DNA of 62,903 nt, the filler included, from Jimgerdemannia flammicorona (Eukaryota), in the NCBI GenBank assembly GCA_003990765.1. It is 2 parts of 2 records of this genome, joined end to end, with 100 filler letters (N's around TTAATTAATTAA, not from the genome) between each part and the next. Parts side by side here need not be neighbours in the genome. Positions count along the whole stretch, not along the records: positions 31,510 to 62,903 come from RBNJ01000403.1; 1 more part is not named here. One strand, 5' to 3'. A program made the translations under genes and the position numbers. The notes under the pieces were generated by a model. That model ran no database searches and had not been told where the DNA came from. It worked only from the letters and a program-made list of their open reading frames with translations. This document shows, one piece after another, positions 35,971 to 49,366 of this stretch. Every line of letters starts with the position of its first letter. Position 1 is the stretch's first letter.

Positions 35971-36863
35971 TCACTTCGTCATCATCAAAGCCCTCATCCA
36001 TTTCATACCTACGCGCAGATTCAGCTTATTTTCAAGCGCTTCAACGGAAGTTAGCAACGTCGACCCGAAACCACCGCAGGATGTGAACCAATCCTCGTCC
36101 TTTAAGCGGAAGTTGTGGTGGCAGTTAGTACACACGCGACCTAGATACGAGCCGTCTTCCGTTGGCTCTGCGGTTGCTGGATTCAACAGGGCCATTCCAG
36201 ACGAGCACTCTGCGCAGAAGAGCTTGCCGCACACGCGGCAATGGTGTCTCCTCCGCGTGAAGGTGAACAGTTTGAAACAGAAGTTGCAGTTTTTGGAGGA
36301 TTTGTCCGACTACATTGCGGGGAATGTAAGTTTGAGTGTTCACAATGCAACAACAAACAAAGGGCGTTAACGGCTTTGATATGCCTACCTCCCAATGGTC
36401 TCTCTTTACCACAGGCGCGGAGGTCGCTGAAAGCCGTCCGTTCATTTTTGACTGCCACCAAGACCAAAGTTTTGTGGTAGCGTTTTTTGGCTCTCCATTT
36501 GTCAGATTCACGGGATCCAGGGAATCCGACCCAACCAAAACAGTCTCATCGCATCCTTTAGCTATTTCTTGGATCTTTTCAACTTCAGCACTCTGAGAGT
36601 GCACGGGAATGCTTTCGGCAACGCCTGCAGTTGTCACCATGGGTATCCTGCCATGCTGCGACGTCCTATTGAGTTGCCTCGAGTACGGGAGAGGTGCACG
36701 AGGCTCTTGCTGAAGGGCCTCTGTGAGCAAAGAAGATGGCTGTCTCTTATACTCTCCGCGGTAAGTGGTTTGGTAGATGAATACCGGGAGCTTCTCGAAC
36801 ATTATGTCATAGCAATCATCCTCTGAGTCACCGCCGTCATTCTCGAATTCATCATCGTAATCT

Positions 36864-36907
<44 letters not shown>

Positions 36908-37390
36908 CAATTCATCATCCACCTGTGTCCGATCTTCCAACGAGCTTGGACCAATAACGAACGATGATCCGTCCTTATCGCAATATGCTTGCTGCTTGTC
37001 TCTCTCCTCTTCGGTGTCCGTGGGCCTTTGCTTATCATATTCGTCCTCAATGTACCCGCTGTCGTATCGCTTCAACTCAGGCATGTCGGCGCTGAGCGGC
37101 CACGAGGTACGGTAGGCATGTTTTACTTTTGGAGAAAAGGAATGCTGGCACTGCACATCGTTACTGCCATCGACCGCCGTGGGACTCAGAGAGGGGCAGG
37201 ATTTGTTGCCGCGACTGTATCGAAGCTTGATATTCATGAGGTGCTCCTTGGCATCGTTGTTGGAGGCGCCGTACCCGGAGTCAGTGGAGACACCAGAACA
37301 TTTGGAATTGCTCGTGTGGTCATTGCCAAAGATGAGGGAGCACGAGGGCGTCGGTGGGATGAAGAACCCAGTTAAAGTGTTTGCGTCCAT
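35971..37390 (-). CDS. FYVE zinc-finger domain protein (2 exons: 37390-36389, 36309-35971)
   Basis: Splicing out GTAGGC..TAG gives WESD..CNFC..FTFTRRRHHCRVCGKLFCAEC..RVCTNC, the canonical WxxD/RRHHCR/RVC motifs. The N-terminus is acidic and disordered; the start codon is uncertain. Confidence 0.88.
36864..36907 (-). repeat. (GAC)n microsatellite encoding poly-Asp
   Basis: (TCG)n on the plus strand inside FYVE gene exon 1. Confidence 0.9.
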
Positions 37391-39159
37391 GGTTTTTAGC
37401 AGTTGAAAGTGGCGGGGAATTAGAGCGATGAATTTATAGGACGTCGGGAAATACCCGAGTGTCGTCTCGCTGTGGGAAAAATCACCTCGGAAATTTGTCA
37501 ATGAGGACTGTCAATCCTGTTCAAGGAAGTATGCCAACTGTTATTGTTACTACTAAAAGGGTCTGGACCAATGCAAACGACTTCGCTGAGCAGATTGTAA
37601 ATGCAGCAGAGCTTTTATAGGCGGTGGTTGGGTGCACACGCCAAGCGTGTGGCAATATGTGTAAGGAAAGACGATGCACACAATTGCAAAGGATCCACGG
37701 GCTACGAGAACTTATTTTCAAGGGCGGCTGTGGGGTCTGACACTAGCTATCGATATATGCAAGCAGGCTGATAAGGGGGGATTCTAGGTTCTAGGTCCTT
37801 TGTGTGTCGCGTGTTTACGACTCCTTTCTGTGAGATGCAAGATGATGGATTGCTCCCATGCTAAATGCCAATCACAAAGTCCATCTGAATGTAATGAATG
37901 CGCTCAGCTGACACCCTGTGCTTCTATATTACAATCTTGGGAGTCGTTGTGTGTGTGCTTGTGCGAAATACGATAGCAGCTTTGTTCGCTTCAAAACCAT
38001 ATATATGAAGTGCCGGAATAGGACGTTGTGGACAGGATGTGGTATAAAATGTGATCTATGGCTTTAATGTCATTTCCCAAAATATGTCGTTCACTTGAAC
38101 CACCAAAAGATTGTTCAGAATATCCCGACCTTGTCCAGTTGTTGAAAACAAAGTTTTTTTTAAATGAAGAGCTGGGTTTCATGGATAATACATGAAAAAA
38201 CAGGTGTTTAATCGTAATGTTGTATTCGCAACTCAAAATGCTCTCCGGCCAGTATTATCCGGTCAGTTAAGAAGGGACTCTAGAAGGGGGAGTCAAACAG
38301 TCAAACACCTCATATTAGGTACCACCCTTCAACTGGCCTAGATGCCTAGAATGGAACTCCGATGCATCAGTGCGACCTTACATTTCGTGGCTGGAAGAGT
38401 TTGGGTGGCGGCACGTGCTTGAACCTAACTGCGCGAACGATCCCAACTCGCGTCGCCCACCTTGTTGACATCGCAGCCCTAAAATGGCGCCCACGGCTCA
38501 CCTATCTGCGTTGTGCTATTGCGTTCAAGAGATTGCGAATTCCACGCCCGTCTGTCAAGTACAGGTATAATCAAAGACCCAGTGTCAGGACGTCAGCGAA
38601 GTCATTTTTAGGTCGTGGTTCTGTTCCGATGAACGGACCTTTCTGCATTGGAAAGCTGATCATATAATTAATACTTTCTATTTTATTTTATTTTTTACAG
38701 CCATATCTCTAAAAATATTTGTTTATCTTCCAAAATAAATTTTATAGGGTTTTGTTTATTTTATTATTATCTAAATTTTTGTCTTTTAGAGCAGTTGGAA
38801 AAATAATTATTAATGGCTAAACTTTTACTAAATCTTGTCATTAAATATTAATTTTACATACTAGTAATATTTTAAAAAGAGTATTTATTTTATTTTGATA
38901 ATAATAACATAGTCAAACAAAAAACAAAAAACCTTCTTTTGGTATACATTTACCAATATAATATGGGATATCTGGATCATGATATAAACCCTATTAAATC
39001 TAATATCTTAAAGATATTATATACATATCCATTCCAACCAATATGCCCAATCTATTAAAATTAAAATAAAAAGTTAGATTTGGAGAAGTTAACAGCTTGG
39101 TCATAAAGAAACAATAAAACAGAATAAAATAATCATTCACTCAAGACCGGCCATCTTGA

Positions 39160-39281
39160 TGATGGCTCGCCAATACTGGCTTCCGACAGGTCTAGCCCTG
39201 TCGCAGGAGCTTTGCGTGCTCTAATTCTGTGCCTTGATGACTCGCCATCACCGGCTCCCGACAGGTCTAGTCCTACCGTAG
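39160..39281 (+). repeat. Imperfect direct repeat, 75-bp period
   Basis: TGATGGCTCGCCAATACTGGCTTCCGACAGGTCTAGCCCT (39160) vs TGATGACTCGCCATCACCGGCTCCCGACAGGTCTAGTCCT (39235). Confidence 0.75.
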
Positions 39282-40566
39282 ACGCTTCTTTCGCGACTTA
39301 ACGGAACTACTGCCACCTACCCAGTCACCGGAATGCGAGAACGAAAGCGTTTAAATTACAGAGAAACGGAGCGCCAGAGCAAAGATATTGTAAACACAGG
39401 CATCAAAAATGTCGCAAGTGAGGAGGGCTTACCTGATGGATTTCAGTTGTTATTTCGTTTTTCCATGCAACCGTGGTAGGAATGATCATCATGTAACAAG
39501 GCACACGTTCAAGAAGAGAGTGTGCGGGTAAAAAAACGAAACAAATGGCGACGCCGGGTTTTCCTATACTGTATTACCCGTGACCTGTGACCCCTCGCAC
39601 TTGGTTTGTATTGTCTGTGCGGATCGAATCGTAAATGATCACAATCAATTTAAGTTTGCGAAAGACCTGAATTCTTGCAAAGAACAGAATTAGAAATTGC
39701 AGGCATGTGGAGGACACAATCCTTTGTTCTGAGCCGTATACAATCGCAGACAGTGAACGCGAAGCCTGCATTAAGGGAGTATCGGGGGGCTAGACAGGGT
39801 CAATCCCCTTGAAGTCGTCGACGGTGTCCATCTCGCTCGCCCCGATGGTGGTGAACGAGCAACGTCCTATTTACAAAGAGGGGTGATTGGTATGCATGAG
39901 TGGTAAGAGAGACGAATCTAAGTTCCGTGGACCCAAGAGTGCTGCGGTCTTCACACTCAATCGAATGAAAACTTCTTTTGTTACCAATCTGAAAGTGATG
40001 GATTATTTTTTTGCAACAGGGGGATGGACAAAGGTCTAGGAAAAGCTTCTGTCTACGTGATTTCGGCTTTGCCCGGCTCGAATTAAAATACGAGATCACC
40101 TCGCACCATGTCCCGGATGCCCGGTCATTGCTTGTTTTTCAAGGGGTTTCCGCACCATTGAATTTCAATACGTCGAGGCTCTATGCGAAGTAAATGAGCA
40201 AGCTCTCATTTTGTATATGAGGTAAATGTGATTACGAGAATCTTGATGGTACGCTTTTACCATGTCTTGATACCATACGTTCTGAAACACTTCCAAAAAG
40301 AGGACAGCAGAGACAACATCCTCGTTGCAATCTAACGAATCATCTCTCACCAGCCACACTCCGATCTCACTCTCACTACCTCTTCCGATGATTTTGCAAG
40401 ACGACATGCGTTCCTCCCGCTCTCCATGTTCTAAAGCCAAGACCGCGTATAACCCTTTCTGGGCATGACGACCACGACCGTGGGCTTGTTCGGACTGGCG
40501 GGAGGGACATTGATGGTCGAAGAGGGCATCTGCCCATGTCCCTCAGCGCTGGGAGTATTAAGGCGT

Positions 40567-40603
<37 letters not shown>
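40567..40603 (+). repeat. G37 homopolymer
   Basis: Uninterrupted G run. Confidence 0.9.
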
Positions 40604-40604
<1 letters not shown>

Positions 40605-41027
40605 AGAGTGTGTAGTAGATAGAGGGATTATAACGAAAAACCGCCACTGCCAACTCAAAGAACTGTGGCGGGAAACCCGACCGGCTCGCGAGGCGTGTCC
40701 AGCGAGTGGCCCGTTGCTATCACGTTGCTGATCGTCGCGTGGAACGGTGATAGTCATTGTAGGACGGTCCCTGGCCAAAAATGGACTTGCTGCCTAATCT
40801 TAATTATGAATATGAGCTAAATATTTAGGATGATCAATCAAGATAGGTCCCAGGTTTATATGGTTTTGAAACAAGCTGATCATTTTACTTGTCCAGTATT
40901 ATGTTTCAACTTGTTTATATTTTTTATTCCAAGGTGAATTCCATCACCCAAAATATCTCGTAAACCTTGAGGATTTTTAGGACGTCTGAAAGCTATTTCG
41001 TGATTTCTTTCTAAAAAACACCCCCCC

Positions 41028-41063
<36 letters not shown>

Positions 41064-41380
41064 AGTCCGTGAGGGATCGAAAGATAAACGAGCAATAGAG
41101 CTGCAGAATTTACTTACGTGGAAAACTGCCATTATACACCTTAGTAAGTCTCATTATGCAGGCAAATTTGCCTGTGGATTTTATATTTTATTATATAAGC
41201 ATACTTGGATTTTGATATAACGCCAAACGAATATGAAATAACAGCAGAAGCCAGCTCGGACGCCAGAAAGGAACCATCGATCAACATACCAAAATAATTA
41301 AAGGCAACCTACCAATGACTTGCAAGCTAAAAAATTTATCTGCATCCCAGACTCCACCGGAAGGTCGAGGTGGAAGACAT

Positions 41381-41411
<31 letters not shown>

Positions 41412-42109
41412 GGTATCTTTCACCGTATATGGTGTCGGTGGTGATGACGGGGGGCCAGCCACCTCCATGATCCAAACGTCCTTGTCGTCGAACACCCGAC
41501 GATTCCAGAGTCGGTACCGGATTTCTTTATTTTTGCTGCGGAAAAGTGATTCAATCCAATCGAAGTAAACAGTTACAAATGTTCGTTCGCAGAACTATAT
41601 TTTGTACAATGAATTTTCGCTCTTCAATATTTCTTGACAAGTCCGCAAAGGATTCTACTAAATTGTAGCTGGAACAAAAGAAACAATATTTAAGCATTTA
41701 GTTATCCTCTGAGAGCTTGATTGTGTTGACAGTTATGCAATACAATATGTATAACCCACAAATCCATTAAAACCTTTTCACAATAATATGGAACTTTTTA
41801 GATCCATTCCCTTCAATTTTTCATATTATTGCTGTCTTAAGATCACTTCCACCCTTCTGTAAATGCGTAATACAGATTTTTGCAACGTTGTTTATCTGGT
41901 GAAAATAATTCAAAATCGTAAGCTTAAAGCATACTCCATTCTTGCTGCTCGATCACGCGACCAACCCTCCCCACAGCCAGCCATTACTGCCACTACTGTC
42001 TGCCGATGAGAAGGAATGATAGATACCAGAATCTCGCGAAATTCGGAAGCGCGATCCTAATGTAGCTTGGTATTTCACATTACCAGATCGCTGCCTAATT
42101 GGTGTCTTT

Positions 42110-42150
<41 letters not shown>

Positions 42151-43256
42151 GAAAGAGTAAGGAACAAAATTCCTTAGCAAGCACAAATGCCGTAACAAGC
42201 AATGCATCGGGGGTTTCAGCAAAAAGCTCTCCACTAGCCTAGACATGCCATTGCATTAGGAGGTTTGGCAAAAAGCTCCTCCCTAGCAAAGATAGCCAGC
42301 GGTTAATTAAGATTCACACCCCGGAGCGAGCCACAACTACCGATAAGATAATGGGAAGCACAGCAAAAAGCTGTACAGCCTGTTGTGGAGACATACATCA
42401 TACACCGCGGAGGTACATCAGAAAGTATGCACCCGTTAACATCACAATGCAAAATCATATGTGAATCTTTATATTGTCACAGGCGTGCTTACTCTGCTTG
42501 CAACGGTTTGAACAGCTTTCTGAATCTTAGCATTGTCACCACATCTTGGTGAGTGCGCCACTTGCCTTCTGATAAAGAAGCTTTTTTCGGATTGTCTTTG
42601 AATTCGTCAATCCATACTTTATGGACCCCGAACTCGCTCCACTTGCTAACGTCGGAGTTGTTGAAATAGCGGTGTGGCAGAGGGGGGAGGAACATGTCTA
42701 AACAACATAGACAAAAGAACGCGAGACGCAGGCAAATGAGGCTTCCTGCTAATGAAATCACTGAAATTCGGTTAATAAAACATACCCTTGGGGTATTTTT
42801 ATCAGGCAGGTGATGCAAAAATAAAAAACATAAGGATTATGTCAAAACGATGCACCGATTGCAAAGGTCGCAGGGAAAACAACAATACGGCGTGTGCGTA
42901 AAGTGCGCTCACGTAATAGTTTGCACGGCGGTGGTAATGGTTTTGTTGATTCAGAAAACGCTCAAAGACGTTAGCAATGACACTGTCTCTTCGAGTAAAG
43001 GGAGATGTCCGGCGGGCGGAGGGTGGTAACTAGGGAAAGGAGACCAGAGCGAATGGTCATGTTTTCTTTGGTAGAGTGACGTCACGCGTATATACAGATA
43101 ACAGAAACTGTCCTCCGCTTCGCTCCGACAAAAACTAATATTATATATATACCTGTTTGAACCCACAATTACGTCGTCTAAACGTTGTGACAGGCTCTGC
43201 TATGTGGTTTTCAGAAATCCTCTTCTTCCGAGTTTAAAATTACCAAGGCGAGAAGC

Positions 43257-43296
<40 letters not shown>

Positions 43297-43893
43297 CAAT
43301 TATCCAACTATAAACTCGCTGTGCTTACACCCTCAAGTGGCAGGCATGGATGGGAGATGTCACATCACCGAGCACGAGCCGCATGGCAATCATCGAATTT
43401 AAGGTGACAAAGGCAATATGCCGATAGTCATCTGCTGCAATTCAACAACGTTATTGTGCTCAACACTCAGACACGGCTTTGGACGAGACAAGTGATACGC
43501 CCTTGCTCAGGAGTACAAGCTTTCGCCAGGCAGATGATTTGATTGAAGCTTCCTATTCGGGACAGTCGCACGAAGGAACTGTGTTTTCAAAGCCATGTGA
43601 ATCTAGACCTGTTATTGCCAAATCACGAAAAAATGGACGAGCGGAGAAGAAAAACAACATAGTAAAACAGGAGGGAGGGATTGTAAAAGAACAAGAATCT
43701 TCACTCTGCCAAAGACATATGCACCATTTTATTTGTTCTAAGTAGGCGTCATTTTATTCATTTATTCATAACAGGCCTGCTTGAAAGAGAGGGGAAAAGA
43801 AATAAAGGAACAAAAAATAAATCGAAATATGAAATAATGCACTAGACATTGTCTATTAACTCTATGGGACAACCAGATATTTGAACATGGTTT

Positions 43894-45003
43894 TTAGTTC
43901 TTCTTTTTCTCTTTCTCCTTCACGATTAGGTGCGCCTGCTGCATCTCAACTTCCTTCCATGTCCTTCCCTTACCAACGTCTTCCGCAACTTTCGACCACA
44001 ATTCCCGCGTCTCTTTTGACCGTGCTTTAATAGCCTTAGTGAGTTTTTCGTTTTCCTCCACCGTCCAGTCCCGGCGTGGGGGCAAGGTCTTGGCCTGCAT
44101 TGACTGCCAATGCAGGTAGCATCCCGATCGATCACGCGTCGGAAGGTATTTTCTGGCAATGGCTTGCCAGCCCAACCCTTCAGCGAAACCCTTCTTGAGC
44201 AAAACTTCCTCCTCCTCCGTCCACTTGACTTTTGGCCGTTTCTTGGTCTTGGTCGGCGCCTCGGGCGGAGTCAGGAGTTCAGGGGAAGTTGGAGGAGGAG
44301 AGGCCAGTGACGCGGAAGAGGTGTCACCTTGTATTAACTTTGGTTTTTTGAGCTTGTTAGCCGAGTCAATCCCACAATCTTCTGTGGCATCGTCGTCGTG
44401 CGATCTGTCAACGACGGCCACGGTGCTTGATGATGGGACTTGATTGTCTGGTATGGCTTCATCGATGTCCGGGTGTGATTTCCGTTTGGTACTGGCTGTG
44501 GTATGCTCGGCTGAAATATGGTTGTCGTGGGCGGTAGCATCAACATCAGGTTTCCGTTTGGTTTGATTTACGCGAGGAATTTGATGGTCGTATGTGGCGT
44601 CCGGGGTGTCAGGCTTCCACACCCTCTGAGGCATTTTGATGGTGTTGTCCTGGGTTGAAGTTGAGTCCATGTGAATAATAATCTCAGGGTTCAAGAGCTT
44701 TGCAATCGCGGGAGGAACGTCGCGCTCGAACACCTCTACCGTGAATGAGGGTCTGGGTGGGCCTTCGGCATCGTGCGACTTGTATCCGATCCCGATTTCA
44801 GGATTGAGGGACATGCGTTCCGAATTGTGGTCGGCAGCATCGCATGAATCATTTTCATCTTGTCTGTAGGCTTTTGAGTTTGAATACCATGCCATTCCAT
44901 CCTTGGCGGTGCTTGTGTGGATCATCGATATGTGGGGCTTTGCAGTGTACAATCTCAGATTGAAGTGGTGGATTGAGTCAAGTTCGGGATAGACTGTGGC
45001 CAT
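43894..45003 (-). CDS. Myb/SANT-repeat protein, intronless
   Basis: ATG at 45003 (MATVYPELD). Two C-terminal repeats, KWTEEEEVLL..GWQAIARKYLPTRDRSGCYLHW and WTVEENEKL..WSKVAEDVGKGRTWKEV, plus basic NLS-like clusters. Confidence 0.82.
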   Translation of the reverse strand: MATVYPELDSIHHFNLRLYTAKPHISMIHTSTAKDGMAWYSNSKAYRQDENDSCDAADHNSERMSLNPEIGIGYKSHDAEGPPRPSFTVEVFERDVPPAIAKLLNPEIIIHMDSTSTQDNTIKMPQRVWKPDTPDATYDHQIPRVNQTKRKPDVDATAHDNHISAEHTTASTKRKSHPDIDEAIPDNQVPSSSTVAVVDRSHDDDATEDCGIDSANKLKKPKLIQGDTSSASLASPPPTSPELLTPPEAPTKTKKRPKVKWTEEEEVLLKKGFAEGLGWQAIARKYLPTRDRSGCYLHWQSMQAKTLPPRRDWTVEENEKLTKAIKARSKETRELWSKVAEDVGKGRTWKEVEMQQAHLIVKEKEKKKN

Positions 45004-47401
45004 TTTATATAAACTCGAGTGGCAACGAGTAAGGGAGCGTCGACTGCTACACAAAGAGATCAGGAAGAGGCTGGGGAGAGGAGGAGGAGGGCACGGCAGA
45101 GTGCTTGCAAGGCGTTTCGACGCGGCTAGCTATCCTACAAGGAGTGAAGAGTCGGAAATGAATCCATAAAAGATTGTTTCCATACAAGGGTAATAACCGG
45201 TATGCACGAGGGAGGAATGCAATATGGTCTTTTCGTTTTTGGTGGGCTCCGGAAGTCACGTCGATGACGGCCATCCACACAAGGGCATCCTTTTCATGAT
45301 TATTAGACGTTGTTCTTGTCATACCTAGACAGCAAGGAAGGTGGGAAAAATCAATTGAAACGCTGAATTGACGACTGCCAGGCCGTCGATTGGCCTTTCA
45401 CCCACTGCCGTAGACCTTCCATATGCTAGACGGAAAAAAAAAAAACATTTGTAGACAACGAAACAGGGGTGATGTTTAAGTGTTCTTGTTTGTATGATCT
45501 TCATTATCTCCATGCCACAACAGTAATTATTAGTTATGAGATGATGGGTCGACAATTCGAAATCGAAAATGGCTCAAGCAAACTACCCTTGCTGGCTTCC
45601 AGACACACAATGAGCCAAAATCAGCACACGGATTTCGTTGGTATTGCGAATGGCTCAGCACGCTCTTTTCCCTCCTTTCGGTAGAAACTCATCCTTTGAC
45701 TATGCCATTGCATTGTCGTCTCTGTCCCCGACTATTTTTCATATTCGAATCGCGAAATGAAAACAAACCTTAACGCAAATTTAGTGAGGGCCGGCGCATC
45801 GAAGGAGTTGCCTTCCGGCCTTTATCTTTTCGTTGTTTTCGGCAGGGCAAAATCACAGTTCACTTGCAAAACAGTGCGATTGGGACCCTTGCAACACATA
45901 CTCGTGCGAATCAAGGGCTGCGAATCTTCGCACGCGTAAGCGAAGGTTTATTAGGGGCCTAAATGAGAAGTATTTCTCCACTCAATACGAACTTAGTAAC
46001 ACGCGGCGATCTTTCTAAAATAAATAAATAATAATATATATATATATATAATATAAAAAATAAAAATCACCGGAATTCAACCTCTCACAGCCTGTAGCTG
46101 TTGAGGAAGAGGATAAACCTTTCGCTATATTAACACATCTTCAACTGACTGGTAGCGAATTTGTCGAGCCTTCTACCTTATTTAAAGAGAACAATGGCGC
46201 TACGGATAATTACATGTCGCACATTCGAATTTTTGATCGGTCGATCAATTCTTCCAGCAGGGTATATATGAAAATAGGGTACACATGAAATCAAAACCCA
46301 AATAGTTCGCATTAACCGTTCTTAGACTGTATAGAGACGTCGATGACTCCTATTTCAACATTAAAATAGTGCATGTTGAAAAGCAACACAACCTGACTCG
46401 GACGTGGCTCAAAATACGTGATTGAGGAGATCAACAAGGTCATCGTATTTTAGCTCATCGCGCAATCCGTTGGGCATGATCCCCAGCAGACCGACATGAG
46501 CACCCGCGTCGCTCCGCCCACCCGAGCGTTGGGGTCAAATGCGGTTGCATCGGCTATTACTCAAATAGGAGACTTCTCTTTGTTGATTTTGGAATTCAGA
46601 ATTGTCGCTCAAATGAAATCTCAACGCATTCAGTCCGTACACAACGGTTGTACCTTATCCTCTCCTGGAAACAGAAACATTGAACTTTGAAATAAAACAA
46701 TGCTTTACATTCCGTTGCAAGAGCAGATCAATAAGCGTGAAAAATATTTCGGTTGTGTGCGTCGTGCCATGTGAATGTTCGGCAATTCCAACGAGATGGT
46801 GTGTGTAAGTGGTGGTCTGGATAACAGAGATAGAAGAAAGGCCAAAGACCCTAATCCGAAACAAGTGGCTCGAAAATGACATCATTCGATGTAGAGAACA
46901 AAGCGTTGCTGCATTGGACGCCACCAAGCAAGATCCTCCGAGTGGTGTTTGTGTCCATTCTGTATACTATGATGGCCCCAAATCCCGCAAGCTTCACTAC
47001 CTTTCGGAAACCACAAGATGCAGGCCAACAAGCACCTGTCTCCTATATTGCCCCTTTCGCGGTCACGCTGTCAAACATCTAGGCGGAGTGATATGTTATC
47101 CAGATTTATAATGATCGAGTAGCCTGTGCTCAAGAATTGTCGAAATCGGAACGGCTAATCGCATGGACGTGCACAAGTAGAGGAATCGAAGGACTCCCCC
47201 CCCCCCCAAAAAAAAGGTAACAAATTTGCAAATTATCACTTTCTTTTTTTTTTTTAAAAAAAAAAAGGGAGCAAAAATATAAATATAAGATACAATATCT
47301 TGGAATCACATGTGTGTAGTGTTATACACGGTTTACGTCATCTCTCCTTGACGTTCAGAGGTATACCAGTGCTCTATACGTTATGGTGTCATCTATATCT
47401 T

Positions 47402-49366
47402 TTAAGGGAAATCACAAACAATGGAAGTCCCGCTGGTCTTGCACACAGTGCTAGGCCCGCAGTTGTTCGTGGACCAACTACTATTCACGCACTGCTTGTA
47501 CGCGGTGGACGAACCAGAGGAGACGCAGATCATCTGACCGTTGTTGGAACTACCGCAAGCGGGTTTGTCGGTCGGGCCACTTCCAGCAGCAGAGGTCGTG
47601 CTGGTAGTGGTCTTGACCCTCGAGGATCTAATTTTGATGGCGGAAGGGGGTGTGGTTTTGACGACGGAAGAGGATGTGGTTTTGACGGTGGAAGTCGTGG
47701 CCTTGCCGGCGGAAGCGGAATTCGTGGTCTTGGATGGCTTGGCTGTACCAGTTGGGTTCACTCCTGCTGAGCAGGTAGCCTGCGGGGCGGGGTCGAAGAT
47801 ACCCTGGATAGCTGGCAAAAGTTCGCCATTGTCCTGCGAGATCTCCCACACCATGGCACCGAGAACGTCACTGCAGCGGAGGTAATCGACCTTGTACTTG
47901 AGAGAGCGTGGATCGTCGTACGAAAGGTAGACGTTCTTGTCTGCCCTCCACAGCCAGTTAGTGTAAGTACTGGCGTCCCAGTGCTGTTGCCACGGGGAGG
48001 CAGCCTTGGTGGTGGAAGTCAAGACGCCTTCCGAACGCAAGTTCTTCCACTTCCAGACGCCCGAGTAGTGTTTGTAAGCGGGGCCGTCACAGGAATCGGG
48101 GTCCAAGGCGTCGTCGCTGTCGCCAATGGGCGGATTGTTCTGGACTTGGCCAACGTACTGGTCGTTGTTGGCAAGGCTGGCCATCGATGAGGTGGTCGTC
48201 GTTGAACGGGCATAGAAAGGCAGACCCATTACAAGCTTATTAGCAGGGACGCCGAGCTTGATCCAGCGCTCGACGGCCTCGATCAAGCCGAACTTGAAAG
48301 AGGCCTGAGTGTTAGCACCGGGAGCGGTAAGTGGAGCGTTGGGGCCAGTGAAGGTGTTCCAAGGGCCGGAGAAATCGTACGACATGACATTCACCCAGTC
48401 AAGGGCGTCCGCTAGGCCATCCATGGTGCACTGCTGCACGGCCCACTGGGCCGAGAGGTCGCGGCAGTTCCAGATCGCCTGCTTGATACCACCGAGATGT
48501 GCCGCGATGGTGATCTTGACCTTGGAGCCAAGCGTGCTCTTGAGCTTGGAGAGTAGCGAGACGTAGTTGGCATAGTCGGCAGAGGAGGTGTGCGTGCAGG
48601 TCTGGGAGGAATCGGGGATACCAGGGTGCTCCCAACTAAATAATGATGAAATTTTGTAAGCGCAGATCACATTCCCAAAATCAAGATGTCGACCACCATT
48701 ATTTATGAATTTTTCGATACTTACTCAATATCAATACCATCCAATTTATAGGTATTCACCAACTTCTGCACAGCGGCGATGAACTGCTCGCGCTTGCCTC
48801 CAGAGCCGGTATCTGCGGCCATGTCAGAGAAGAAAGTAGACCCGGCCCAACCGCCGATAGATAGGAACACTTTATTTTTTTTTTTATTTTATTTTTTTTA
48901 TAACCAAAAGCAAAGAGATGTCAGCATTGGTACCAGTCTTAATTGGATGTATCAATTTTTCAAAACTCATTAAGAATCTGTACCTTTGGTATCAGCGCCG
49001 TGAGCAGCGGTCACAAGAGCCTGAAGCTTGGGTCCGGGTGTGAGGCTGAGGTTGGTACCGTTGTTGCCGAGGTCGAAGCGGGGAAGATGATCTTGGCGTA
49101 GAGTGGCGAAAGCTGTAGAATAAAAAGGTGAGGAGATTTAGTAAATGATTTTGTTTTGGTAGGGTTCGAAAGGAGGTAAGGTCTAGCGTACCGTAGTTGA
49201 CGTGAGTGACTTGGCCGAAGGGGATCTTAGCCGGCTCCATGCTGGTCCAATCTGCGTAATAGATCTGGAGGACCTTGCCATCGGAGCCAACGGCCCTCGC
49301 GGATGCGGAACCGAGTAGGCCAAGGGTGGCCAGAGAGAGAGCGCCCAGTTGAATGATGTTCTTCAT
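47402..49366 (-). CDS. Secreted GH18 chitinase with Ser/Thr linker and C-terminal Cys-rich CBM19-like module (exons 49366-49192, 49112-48984, 48869-48725, 48635-47402)
   Basis: Signal peptide, YYADW, THVNYAFA, SIGGW, spliced catalytic LDGIDIDWEHP (DxxDxDxE), MSYDF, KLVMGLPFY, SYDD, GAMVWE. Three GT-AG introns. Confidence 0.95.

Noticed and set aside
36125..36388. C-terminal part of the 458-aa track ORF
   Set aside because: It reads through an intron; splicing at 36388-36310 gives the FYVE domain in another frame.
38665..39140. MITE with terminal inverted repeats
   Set aside because: The apparent TIRs are low-complexity A/T tracts with many mismatches, and no TSD was found.
39160..39281. CRISPR-like repeat-spacer unit
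   Set aside because: Only two degenerate units, a codon-multiple period, eukaryotic context and no cas genes.
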